NCBI GenBank assembly: GCA_973895155.1
Contig: OZ316895.1
Location: forward strand, 13,379,186 to 13,443,185
Direction of reading: 5' to 3'
Source: Marsupella aquatica
Lineage: Eukaryota; Plantae; Marchantiophyta
Length of the DNA: 64,000 nucleotides
A program made the position numbers and the translations under genes. Below, in pieces: positions 12,447 to 28,510 of the stretch. Position 1 is the stretch's first letter, and every line of letters begins with the position of its first letter. The notes below the pieces were generated by a model. The model saw only the letters and a list, made by a program, of their open reading frames with translations, ran no database searches and was not told where the DNA came from.

Positions 12447-15400
12447 TCAAGATCTTCCAATGGTGACAACTAAACTCTTGTTTTCAAACTTGGCTTTCGT
12501 TACTTTCCCATGCATCCCCCGAGGCAGAGCAATACTCCTACGTTGATCTCCAGCCTCAACGAGCAGTTCTGTGTTCCCCCTCCACTGCGCAACACAACAA
12601 CCCAACAGTCTTCACAGCTTAATTAGTGTTGCTCGCATCAGTCAAGTCAAGGTTATCATTCTGCTCCATCCGCTTACTGGAATCTCTAAGAAGCGCAATG
12701 TTTTGACATTGGTGACGACAACGCTGTAGTGGAATTTCTTTAAGCTCAACAAACCTGTGATAGTTTAACTTCCGACTTTGGAAATCCAGGTAAAAAGAGC
12801 TTGATGGTGTTGGAAGATGTGTCAATTGCCACAGGAGGTGGTATGGGACTCGTGGACTTGTCCTGTAGAATCTGACCCAACTGTGGATGCAGATTGCTCA
12901 AAAGTTCCTGCCAGTCTGGTGGTTCTCCAAAAGAGAAATGCGGAATCTTTGCCAGAGTTAGGGGAGAGTAGTCTTCCTGACTAGAGTCTGATGATGCTTC
13001 AGAGTCCCCTCTGTGAGCTACGTGCAGTGCCCCAGTAACGTGCACTCCAGCTTGCATTGCACACCCCCAGTAACGAAGAGCACACTCATGGGCTAGTTTG
13101 TTTCGGGGATTTGTAACAAGGTAACATCCAAACCTCCTTCTATCAGCAAATGCAGCTACAGATTTCTGCATGAAATATGACAGTGGTTCAATGATTCAAC
13201 AAATTAATCAAGTTCAAGGCTCTTCTACAGGAAATTCAGATTCTTTACCGAATATGTCTAGGTAGGTTTGACTGCAGAGTAGTAAATTTCTGTAGAAATG
13301 TGGTTCAAATGAAAGTCTTCTGGAAGTGTGTCAGCAAAACTTACACTGATAGTAGAGTCCACGGCGGACCAGATTTCAGCGGTTGATCTGTCACCAAGTC
13401 CATCAAAAATAGAAGCCTCCACTGCCTTTAATATTGATGGTAACGCTACTCTTCCAGCATCAGTCTTGTCCGCAAGGCTCCGCAACCTTCTCACATACCA
13501 CCTGCTAAACAACTCTCAGTTTAGATTCTTGAAGATGTTATCGAGGACTGAACATAAGAACACTAAAACATAGACTTGTCATCATCCTCATCTAATAAAA
13601 GTAGCCAGGCAACGGCTTCATGAGATACAGAAAATTTCCAGCTTAAAAAATTTAGTAAAATATCACTATTTAAACGAGGGTCAAACAGACAAACTGGCAG
13701 CTAAAATACCATAGCGTCCATTTGCACTGTTCACTCATACAGCTAGGAGAGACACATGCGACTCAGACCTGTCCAGCTTACTACTGTAGCACCTGTCGGC
13801 ATGATTGTGAAGAAATTTACCGGACCCTCTCTGCAGCACCAAAGATTCGCAATGTCTCCTCGCTGCTTGTACCATCGTAGACAACAATGTCATATTTTTC
13901 ACCGCCTTTTCCCCTTTTTTTGAGCGAGTCACCAGTGAAACCTGACAGCCTCTCCAACAATCCAATTGCTAAAATTGAGTCCATTCCTGGGAGAATACTC
14001 AATTCTTCACTGACCACCTGCAAGATATTTCAATGACCTAGGAGCTTAAATTGGTCCCAAACAATTAAAAGAGATCTGTGAATCTCATTCTCATAAAATT
14101 GACAATCCTTCTTCAACTTCGTCCCTCAGGCAGAAGTACCTCATTTGAACGTAGAGGGACAAGCAGATGGGTGATCTCCAATCACTCAAATTACGGATTC
14201 CAGATAATGTGTTCCTAGGGGAGTTATCCCTACAAGTGAAGAAGAGAGATTTCTAACGACCAGCTACACCAGTCTTGATTTGGTTCAGAGGTTCTCATAT
14301 CTACTGCTTTGCTTATTGTGAGGCTATCGACTTTGAATTGGCTACTTTCCCCTCTCCGAAGAGATTTCACGAAAAAGGAAGAGAGAACGTTCGCATTCAC
14401 AATTACTTATCAGAAATTGGAAATCTGCTTACACAAATTCTTCATTATCCTTGTAGTGTAAATACATCAAAGAAGAAGGTGAACTTTTACAATATGATGT
14501 ATGACGGGAACCCCGTTGTAAATTTCAAATGCCTAAATCTCATGGGCCGGCATGAAATTTGAAGCATTGGAAATTTCCTATGGAGTTCCCATCGAGTGCT
14601 TGACCAATTCAGTCAGCTGTCAAAAGTAAAACATTTCGTGAATGCTATAACTCAAGAACCATTGGCAGTCCCAGAAACATCAAAAATTGAAATCTTTCGG
14701 GGCCCAACGCACGACTACACCTTCATAGTAAGGCTAGACTACTCCAGAAGTCCAGATAACTTCATGGAATCCCCAGCAGTGGAAGGACCTAGATGCCCTC
14801 TAACACCGATGCAAAATGACTGTTAAAACCATCTACATTACATCAATCCTGACAGCGAACTTTGCTGATGCTGCTGGCTTATTAATGTGATGAGCAAGGC
14901 TCGGGCATGTCCATTCCATCCATCTGAATATTTAAACCCTTACAGCATGACAGGGGGACCACAGAGGTCTCTGAACTTATTGTCAAAGTATAGATAGTTG
15001 AGAATGGGAGCCCGATACCCCCTCGAATGGATTGGCCAACGACAACTGGCTATATATTTTTCACCCGTGTCATTCTTTTCTACACTGGCAGTGACCTAGT
15101 CAACATTTTTGTCCTCGTTACCTCATCAAGAGCTCCTTGACTGAACTTGAGCTCTGCGTCCGCTTGCTTAACTAGTAACCATGGTTCTTGAAGTAACTGG
15201 CGTACATAACAAGTATGCCATGCCCCCAAGAACAAAACAAAACAACAATCATATCAGCCACATGGCAGATCGGAATTCAACGATCCAGTGTCACTAGCGT
15301 ACCTAGGAACTGGGAAATGCACACCAATGAATAAAAAACGGATGGGAACCCAGCAGGGATACAAGGGCTCGAGGATGGTCCAAAGGATCAACTTAAGGTG

Positions 15401-16286
15401 AACAATGTAAAAGATACCCTACAGAGAAAAGAAATTTCGGGATAGATATCCAAATTTACACAACAGCACCAACAAAACAACTACATACTCAAAAAATGAT
15501 CTCACTCACAGTTTTACCTCTAGCGCATCAAGCAGTCAACCTAGTCTTAATCCAACGTTGTGTGAGGCGAGAAAACCAACCTTTGTGGCATCCAATCTGA
15601 AAGCTGAAAGATTTCCAACTTTAAGGGGAGCTGAGTAAGTACCGAGCTTGCTACCTAACAAGAACTCCGCGGTGGGATCTTGGGACTGAACAGCTAGAGC
15701 AGTCCGTAGACCAAGGCTGGCGTAGTACTGCACACTCAGCAACCACGACAGGAATCATTACGCTCCGTCCACGCTGCATCCAAATGAGAACGTTCATAAC
15801 TAGTGAAAAATGCTTCATTTTGATGCACCAAAAATTCTACAGTAAGAGAGAGGGAACTATGCAGCTAGTTCCTCGCATCCTTTGAGATTATAAGTCAAGA
15901 GAGTGAAGTGAGTGTCCTTTGAGAGCAATGGGCAGAACAATAACTACGGTAGGAAACTCTGAAGCTCAACTCCCCGAGCTGGAGACGGAGATGAGACTAA
16001 GAGGGGGAGAGATCACCTGAGCAGCGAGAACAGCAGCGAAGGTTTTGCCAACTCCACCCTTGCCGACAAAGGTCACGATCTTGGAGGAAAATGGGGCGTC
16101 ACCAGCGGTATTGCTACAACAAATTCGGAAGCGAGAGGGAAGATAACGTACTTTCCTACATTCATTCCCTCTAACAAGTAAAAGTGCTCTCGAATTACTC
16201 ATTCCACTGCTTCCACTTGAAGCATAGGACGAACTTGGCGAGGGTCCAACCAGGAGTGAAGGATGGGAAGAGTAGGAAAATGCCAT
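12447..16286 (-). CDS. GET3d: Chloroplast ArsA/GET3-like ATPase with C-terminal alpha-crystallin-like domain (GET3d / At1g26090-like), multi-exon
   Basis: Ser-rich transit peptide, P-loop [31 protein letters not shown] and [11 protein letters not shown]. Last exons read [36 protein letters not shown]...VVTIGRS* (stop at 12447). Confidence 0.85.
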
Positions 16287-18000
16287 GCTCGCAATCTGTG
16301 CTGTTACTAATGCACTCCCCGAAACCCAAGCAATTGGGCTACAAAAACCTTTCAGGATTTGGAGCTCTCATGAGAAGCAAAGCTCACGAATAGATCTCTC
16401 AAAGAACAGACAAGGAGCCGTAGGCAAGCACCATTGGGAAAGGTGGTATTGTAGCTCCAAACTGTAATCACAGTCTTCATAGCCGATTCACCTGATGGCA
16501 ATCTTCGGGATCTTCCGGAAGGGAGCCTACCAGTGTGGACAGATGTAAAGCATTCATCACATTCCAAAATTCGTCAGTCCACTGGCCGCAGCGGAGCATG
16601 GCCACGTCTCAAGGAATTTTGTGAAGCTGAATCGAGCTAATTCAGTTTGAGCTGAGCTGAGCTGAATCAAATTGAATTGCATTGGTATTATTGTAAAGTG
16701 CAGGTGCGACAAAGAGAAACATAGATTGCTGGACAGACTAATATCAGATCAATGCAGGCGAGGACAGAGCCTTGCCTTACAGTCCCTCTAGCCATGACCG
16801 CTACACTTCCAATCATCCATACTTGAGCTGAGCCAATTTGGGCTGAATCTCATCTACTGTTGTGTAAAAAGCCCACTCTCCCTGATCCAGTCATGAGCTC
16901 GCTTGGACGGAGATCCCATCTCGTACTAAGATCCCTTGGTACTAAAATCGAGCTTTTTTATTAATCCAGACTAGACTAGACTACTCTAGATCCCGACTAA
17001 AATGAATGTTTTAACAGATCCCCTGAAAAATCCAAAAGTATAAAAAAACACCTACTGTACCACGACACAAGGAACAAAACGATGTGGGATGAAATTCCCA
17101 TGCAAAATAAGATGTCTTAAGCGTGTGACAATGTCTCAAGATTCAGTGGCATAAACCCGGGCATAAACCAGATTACTAAGATCCACCAATGCATACCTAC
17201 GGATAGAGTAGCTGTAGCCCAATTCTACTGCTTTTTTGGTCAGAAGGTGTACTTTTAAAATAGTTGACCACAAGATTGAGATGCCCCACTGGCCCACTTA
17301 CCTCTTCTCCTGCTTAGCTTGGGAGAATGTAGGCTTCTTGGGAGTTAGGCTTATCCAGCAGGCATAGGTATTGTGCCAGAGTCATGGAGAGACTTTTTTG
17401 TCATGGAGAGACTTTTTGAATCCAAGTCTGATGGTGGCAGTATTACACTCTATGTGTGAGGCCCCCAACGTTTGATGTTGGCCTAATATTGTGTTGCAAA
17501 ACATTTGGTGCAAAAGGCTCTGATAGGCACAATGTTTGTCCTTAGGACTTTGATGAACCAAACACATTTTGACATGAAAAAATGTGAGCATATATACCAA
17601 GTAAAAGTGTCATTTGAGTAAAACCACATGTTCCAAATGATCCATTTGAGTTTCCTATGGTGACCATTTTGGGTTCACCATAGGAGAGGCTCGTTAACAA
17701 CTCTAGGTAGTCATATTAAGTGGTTAGCAGAGTGGTTAGCAGAGTACGTGGTCAATAATGTGAGGGAACTCTTGCAACCTGGGAGACACTTAAAAAATGG
17801 ATTACTACAAAAACAAAGAAAGTTCAGGGGTGTTCTGCCGATATTCAAAAATCTAGGAAAACAAACAATAGACTCTGCTAAAGCAAATTAAAAATTAAAC
17901 ACTTACCCCTGACAAATAGCATTTCCTAGCAGATCAGGTGTATTCTCCATTGGGGGAGGTAAAAAAAATCCTTTACTAATAAAGTTCCGGGGCTCTCCCG

Positions 18001-18045
18001 TAATAATAATAAATAATAATAATAAATAATAATAATAATAATAAA
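18001..18045. repeat. (AAT)n-like microsatellite
   Basis: taataataataaataataataataaataataataataataataaaa. Confidence 0.8.
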
Positions 18046-21000
18046 ATCAATGTCCTATTTATTTGCCACAAAAAATAGATGTATTTCACTAAAAAACTTA
18101 AACTTTTTGCTAGAGGAAAAAAAAATTAAAATCCTTTACTAAGCCACTAGATTTAAATGTTTCATTATCAATTCTCATTAAACATGGGAAGAAAGTGCAA
18201 AAACGTAACCCTCATGTATCCATACTATAATTTGATATCAAAGTCTAGGGTTTATTACCTCATGACCTACTATATAGAGTGAAGCCATGAGCTGTACTTT
18301 CTTGGCTAAGAACATGTCATGATAGTTAGGGTTTAGGGTTTAAACAATGCTTGTGAGTAGGGACCAGCATGGGAGTCTGTGTAGGCAAGCCCACACAAGT
18401 GTTGGGGCTAGTGAGACTAATTTAAATTAAATGTTTCATTTTGTGCCTATGAGGGTTGTGCCTCGTTATCAAGACATCATGTCAAAATTTTGCGTCCATC
18501 TCCAAACTTCCATCCAGCAGCGCTCAAACTTTTGTGTGTCCATCTTTCTCGTCTTCCCATTTGTAATGTCCTAAGATAACCCAGGCTCCTGACAAAATAA
18601 GTCTTTCTATTGCAGTGTTACTCTGGTTGTATTGTATTAGGGGTGTCAAAATAGCTCCATTAAGGAGGTATTGGCAAGGACATAAAACTATTTTATGGCC
18701 AGGACAATACCTCAAGGGTCACCTAAATACAAGGTCTGTAAGAATCTTATGTCCCAAAAAATTCAGCCATAGGAAAAGTCCATTAATAGTGAACTTTGAC
18801 ACGCCTTATTACAGCTATGGGAGGAAAGGTTTCTGTCTGCTCAGTATGCTCATGAAACAACAGGCCTGATTTTAATTGGTAGTTCATCTTCTTCAGGCAT
18901 CTGCTCTGCGTGAATTTGCTCAAAATTTGCTCGAATAAGTCCCTTGGAAGAAGAAAAAGAAGAAGAAGAAGCCGCTGGAGTCGATAATTGAGAGCTGTTA
19001 GAGACATTGGAAAGGGTGGCAACGCTGAATTTTTGAATTATGCCATACTAAATTGCTAGTCTTTTTTGCTGAGCTCGATGGCTTGGTAATGCGTAGCGTT
19101 GGCGCAGTGCTCAATTTCCGCAGTGAATGAAACTTCATCTTCGTGAAGTCACGGCTTTGGAGTTGGTGAAAAGGTCAGTGCCATGTTAGCAATGCACGAC
19201 TGGAGTCGGACCACCGCGTAAATGCACTGCAAGTCTCAATGTTGAATTTGAAGTGTTTGATTTTGTCCTACCAGAATTGTCTCTAAGCCCTGATTCTTTT
19301 CACTGGCAGTGACCTGCAAGTCGGTGAATCGGACGAACGAAAGAGTTGCACACTGTAACGTTCTGCGTGTAAGGCGTTTTTTTCCTTCGATTTGTGGCTA
19401 CTTGTTGCTATGTACTTTGTCCCTGACTCTCTCACAGGATCTTCCTATAGTCAGATTTATTCGAGTCGGGATCCTTTCAGGTTGCTCGATCTGCCTTTTG
19501 GGGCATGGCTTGGTCACGATAGGTTCTGTGTTATGGTGGGGAACCATGGGTTGTTGTTGTCTTTTCAAGCTGGTGTCGTCTGAATGAGATACCATGGGTC
19601 AAGGAACCCAATTAGGCATCGTGACCTAAAATAACTATTACTTGTAGACAACCAACGAAGCACCCGTTCTAGTTCTTCTCTTGGTGCAACAGAACGTTAA
19701 AGTTTATCATCACTATTCTGCTTCATGCCCTTCGGAATTCTGTGTCCCCTTGATCTTGTTGGGAAACCAGTGACTTCTAATAGTAAGCCTAATCTTTGTA
19801 ACCGGATGAACTTTTTCTACTGGCATCATCATAACTGGAAGATTTCGATTGATCTATAGATAATTCTGATTGGAAAGTTGTGTACAGCAAGCCATAACGT
19901 TATCTTTGATACTATCATTGAGTTGTAGCATTCATACCTGCTTCCACAATTGATCTCCGATATGTGCTTCACTCCAATTTTCCATCCCGAACGTGAAGCT
20001 TTCTGCTGCAATCCGGGATTGCTGCAATTGTTGGCTGTTCTCCTGTAGCACTGTCAAATTATCCTTTCAGACATTCCGATATTTCTCCCTTCTTGTCATT
20101 GAGCTCCTTTGTTTGAATTTAGACTGTTGAGATCACTTGTATTAATGAAGGCTTCCTTCGGGATATTGAGTTCATTTACAGAGCACGAACTTGATTTGGC
20201 TAATTCAAGATACCCAATGTTCGCTCAGTTCATTCAGTTCCTCTCAATTACCTGCTCATCTGATGTCTTAATGATATGCTAATTTTCTAGGAAAGGTCAG
20301 GTTTGAAGTAGAAGAAACAATCTGGGTTCTGCAAGAGCTGCTCTTGAATTTGCCCAGTATTCACAAAATTGCCTCGAGAGAAGTTTGCCTGGTGGCTAGG
20401 TGGTCGGTTGTGTGGGTCCCTTATCACTTCTTTTCCTCAGAGTCTTCACCTTGCCTAAGAGTCTTCGCCTTGCTCACTTAAAGACTTACGTCACTTTAAG
20501 ATGTGCCCAGCAGCTCTCCTCTCCAATCTTCTACAATCTCTTCGAGAGTCGTCCCAGGATCTCCACGATTTCAGCTTCAGATGTATTTGCTTTCTTCTCC
20601 AGAATGAACGTACCATGTGTGTTGATCCCGGATTGGACAGATTCACCTCCCAATCCATTATTGGTTGCCCCTCCTAGAGAGCCCCTTTTCGGACATATAG
20701 CAAGGGACAGTTCGAACTCTCACAATCATGCAGTGTTCTAAGATGCATGCGTCGGCTTGAATTTGAACTGTTTCAACAAGTTCACTTCAGGTGTCATCTG
20801 TTGTCGAATGGCTTACCGTTATCTTGTTTTTCTGTGCAGAACGGGAAGAGAAGAGTGTGTTTCATTTGCTCAGTGAACTGGACTCAGCAAGATTGTAATT
20901 TTCACTCGAAAACAAAGGTAGATTCACCTGCTGCCTTCGTGAGGCTCTTTGACCGACTTTTGAGTTGACTGGCCCTAGCAATCGAAGTACCCTGCTAATA

Positions 21001-21314
21001 TCAAACGCTGGGGGAAGACCAGGAAAGGTTGCGGCCCCTTTCCCCTGCTTTAGGTACAGAGGGACACACGGCCCCAGTCCGGGACTCTTCTGTGTTCAAC
21101 CCGACCTGCCGTCTGCTGCTCGACCTCCATATCCCTCGTGCATGTTCGATTTCTTCCCCTGGACTACCCAACACTCTCGGGCACCAGATTGTCTCACTAT
21201 GGAAAGAATTTTGTGCAAAATGGAGTATTTCTAAGGGCGCAGCGAGCGCGCGTGGGAGGGTACGCATGCTTTCTGCAGGCGTTGTGCAAGAAGGACAATA
21301 GCTTCTGCGAAGCG

Positions 21315-24234
<2,920 letters not shown>

Positions 24235-26647
24235 GGCCGTTTTGCAGCATATACGACATATGTAGTAATGTAATGTAGCTACTGTTTTCCAGTTCTGTGT
24301 TTCCCAATTTCCATCTTTCCAATTCGAATTCGAAGTTTTTGATTCCCGATGAAGTGGACTATAAAGGGAGAGTAAATGGCGATATGATTTATCGTCTGAA
24401 TCCGGTTTTGTTGTGTATTGTGTACGGCGCTGGAAGGAAATGGGACAGACCTGCTTAAGTGAAACGGTGACAGTACAGCTAGGAAAGTACTTGCTAGCAA
24501 GTTCAGCACCAATCATAGAGAACAATTCTGGGATTGGAATTCATATCATTCATTGTCGTGAATCGGATATTGATTTGCAGTATTTACTGAAAAATATAGG
24601 TTGAACTTCCAGAAGGGACATCACAAATCTGATATTAACGGCATTGAATGCATGTGCTGTTTCAATTCTCTGTTGAAGGTGTGGAGGAGAAGGACTACAT
24701 TCTGGTTTTGGGCATTCATAGTCCCTCTTGAATTGACTAGTGAAACCTGTAATGTGGAGGAAGGAGGAGACTATTTTTATAGAATGTTCCTCAATTTCTT
24801 GAGAGAGCAAGACTAAGTAGCATGCACTCAGTCCCACAACGACGCAGCCTACTGCAAACCGCTGGAATGACAGTAGCTCTATTGGAATTTTACTCATGTT
24901 GAACGTTTCTATTGCCGGGATTTCTCGATTACTTGCGCAAATTGAAGCGGTTTAAAATTAGGGAACGCAACAAGGAGTCAGCGCTTTGTGCAACGAACGG
25001 TACAGGAAAGCTGTCGGCGAGAAGAGAGAGTGATGGGTGGCAGCCGAGCCCGTGTAAACAATGGGCCTGGCTCTGAGGGAGAGGGAGAGGGAGAGCGAAC
25101 GAGAGCAACAAAAGTTCCTCGGTGTGGCATTAGGGCACATGAGAGGGATGGGCAGGAAACTGGAGTAGAAAGTAACTGCAGGTGAAACTTGGGATGGGCA
25201 GGGAGTGGGTCTCGGCCATGCCCACTTTTCACCGGGGCTTTTTTAGGGCTGTCTTGCATGTGATGGTCCTTGGACCGGCCCTCTACATTCCTTAACATGC
25301 AGGGAAAAAGTAGATTTAGATTGTCCACAATATCTCTGTAAATCATGTATGTGAGTTGCTCTTGTAAAAGAAAGTTATTTGTTTGTTATGAAATTTGAAG
25401 GAGTTGAAGGGAAGGCTGGAAATGTTGTGGCGCTTGCCTTAGTTTCCCTCAAATGCTGCAGTCAGGCCTGCCTAGGGAGATGGGTCAAGCATGAAGCACT
25501 CACTCAATGATAAGGTGACATGAGTGAATGAAAAGGCCTATTTTTCAAGGACCTTGCACATGCAAGATGGCTCTTAGTAAACAGTGGCCATTCAGGACCT
25601 GGTCCCCATCTATAGGGGCAGGTGTGGTTGAACTACTACTGAGTAAGATTATTGAAGCATTCCCTTCAGTCTTGCTATCTGTGGGCAGACTGGCATTTGG
25701 GTTCTTATTTGGGTGCACTGGATGTGGGACTACAGGTGGATTAGGTGGTGGATGATACAAGTGGGACTATAGGTGGATCAGGTCCCTATAGGTGGATTAG
25801 GTGGATACATCTTTTGCCCATTATAAGTTGACTGACCAGGACCCATGCCCATCCATAGGTCTGGACCTAGGGGCCTGAGGCATTGTTGTTTGTCCCCAGT
25901 GGCACTGCGGCTTCTGCCAATGCCTCTCGCATTACTCCTGGGCCTTGTTCCCAGTCCGCCGCATGTCCTTGCCACGGAGTTTCTCAGGGCCTTGATCTGT
26001 TACAAATAAACTTTATTTCATATAAATAAAAATGAAATGAATTTTGTTGACCAATTTGGGGATGAAAGTGAAGCCCGGATGGACCTCCATGTTGGACACA
26101 ATGCTCCCATGGACCACACTTTGGTGGTCAGTGGGAGTTTTGGTCTTAAAACTTGATAATTATGAGTCTTAAGATAATTTTTAATTTTTCACCTGCAAGG
26201 CACCTAGAGGAGGAGACATAAAAAAACACAAGCCCAAATATTTCATTTCACACAATAAAAATCAATCTAATAGAATTTACCCCTCCTCATTCCATGATGA
26301 ATAACTCAACCAAAATGGTCAAAATCTCACTTTGATGCAAGTGTAACTTGCCTACTTCTCTAGCACATCCTCGACGTTAAAAAAATTATGAACATCAAGT
26401 TATTACAATAATGAAACTAAAATTTATGGGAAAAGTGGTCCATGGGGGTTTTCAAAGACCAACGTTTGTGGTGTTTCGTTTGGGGACAGAAAGTAAAGAA
26501 AATGTATATACGTATATACGTATATACCTGGCCGGCTGGGCGGGAGCGGGAGCGGGAGCGGGTCGAGGAGATGCAAAACCGGGGCGGGCAAAAATTTCAC
26601 CGTCCAACTGTCAAACCATTTGTCATCGTCGTCCCTCGTAGAAATGA

Positions 26648-26835
26648 ATGATGTCTGCTCCATCACTCGTTCAACAATGGCGGACTTGAGTCGAAGTGGG
26701 GGTTTTGGCAGAAGTGCTGTCCCGTCCATCGTTCGTTGAACAATGTCGGAATTGAGTCGAAGTGCGTTTTTGGTAGACATGATGTCTCCTCCATCGTTCG
26801 TTGAACAATGGGAGACTTGAGTTGACTTGCGTTTT
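26648..26835. repeat. Degenerate tandem repeat, ~65-bp unit x3
   Basis: Recurrent ccatcgttcgttgaacaatg..gacttgagtcga core upstream of MED28. Confidence 0.65.
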
Positions 26836-27287
26836 AGGTCCAGTACTGATTAGGTTCGTTTCTTCCATTCTTCGTTAGCGTGGTGCCATGCAGTCCGTGG
26901 GATATGTCGTCTGGCTGCTACGGGTCTGTCTGCAATCCATGAAACTTCTGTGCAGTAGCGCGACTGCTCTCTATCAAGGGATGGCGATGCAATACTGGTC
27001 CTACAGACGCGCCCAGAGAGCATCCCGCGAACATTTTGATTGATCGTAGACGGTACGTCGATATACTCATCTGATATGCAATCTTGTCAAATGGATAAAT
27101 TGCGCACTCTGGTTTATGTCTTGGAAATATTTTGATTGAGAGAGAACGAAGTCTTAAATCGCTTATTCGAATCGGAAGAAGTCTGGCATTTTTGGTTCGC
27201 AGTTGAGCAAGTGCGTCTAATTTTATTCCTAGGTCTTGCAGTGCCGGAGAGATATTGTGGTGACGCGTTGAAGTTTGGCTGCCTACT

Positions 27288-28510
27288 ATGGCTTCCTCCC
27301 CTTCCTCCATGGGGGAAGTGCTCGGCCTTGTGGCTGCAATGGACGCGGCCCTTCTGCCGTGCTTGCCGGCTAGAGAACTTCAAGCCGCTGATCGGTCCTC
27401 CCACCCTTCGCTTCATGGTACTTTCCCTCGTTATACACATACTTTATTTAGGTTTGTAGCCATTGTTCTGTTCAGGATTTGGTCGTGTCTAGCTCGTTTT
27501 TGCCCCGCCGTCTTGGTGGAATGTACGCAGTGCAGGGATCAAAGACGCGTGACCGCTAGTTATCGCAGAAGAAGGCTGATTGGCAAGAAGTTACATGAGC
27601 AAATATTTTCTAGGCGGGAGGTTTTGACATTGTTAACCCGTATTTTTATTTAAGTAGGATATAATTCCAACGATCGTAACGCGGAGTTATTTAGTAGCTG
27701 GCAGGGCTCTCAGTACTTTTTCTCGCAAACTGTAAGGAATGGTTCAACTTCTGCCTCTATGCTCCTCTAATCGTCATATTCCTCCTGGAATTATTGAAAG
27801 TGAGAGTTGGAACGTTTTTGAAAAGTGGCAGTGGACGTGGAGAGACATTCGAAGGAGTTTATGGATGCTGCCAAGAAAATTCAGCTCTTTTTCATTCGCG
27901 CTGGACATCAGTATCAGCCTAGTAGAGATTCCATCTTGAGAAAGGTTTGTTTTTGTCACTCTACCTCCAGGCTGTGGTCGACTCCGAAAACCTACTTCTC
28001 GATACTGCCGTTAGTGCCAGCAATCCAGGAAATAACTCTAGTCTGGGTGGGAAGATGTAGCATCGCACACTACGCCACTACTTTCATATTTCTCCTGTGA
28101 TAGAGCAGAGACTGGAATGACCCCAAAATCTCAAATAGTAGGGGGCTCTCGCAGATACCCTCTTTATAGAATTTCAACATCAGGAATCTCGTTTTGGCGG
28201 AAATGTTGAATGTTGAGTATCCATCACATGTGAATACTTTGACAGCTGGGCCGGTCAGCCCCTGGCGTAAACTCTCATTAAATCACAGCTGCCAAAAGAG
28301 AGAGTTGTTCAGTAAGTGCTTTTACTTCTTTTTCTACTGCCTTCTGGGTGACTTCAGCTTGTGAATGTTGTGCAGGAGATAGCAGCGCTGGAAGAAGAGC
28401 TCAGAATTAAAGATGATTTAATGCATAGACAGCTCCAATTAGTTTCTAAGTGGAGACAACGGTTGCGGTCGCAGAAGGCTGCCAGCATTGACGAAATTGT
28501 GAAAGTGTGA
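27288..28510 (+). CDS. MED28: Mediator complex subunit 28 (3 exons)
   Basis: AAMDAALLPCLPARELQAADRSSHPSLH/VDVERHSKEFMDAAKKIQLFF...LRK/EIAALEEELRIKDDL...EIVKV* matches the plant MED28 signature LLPCLPARELQA.DRS.HPS..DVERH. Confidence 0.9.

Noticed and set aside
18325-18341. Telomere-like TTAGGGTTTAGGGTTT
   Set aside because: Only about two units; at most a telo-box-like motif or chance.
18633-18813. hAT-like MITE (TAGGGGTGTCAAA...TTTGACACGCCTTA)
   Set aside because: TIRs are imperfect and no 8-bp TSD could be confirmed.
25500-26000. Pro-rich minus-strand ORFs
   Set aside because: Short and low-complexity with no domain; possibly a decayed TE remnant but unsupported.
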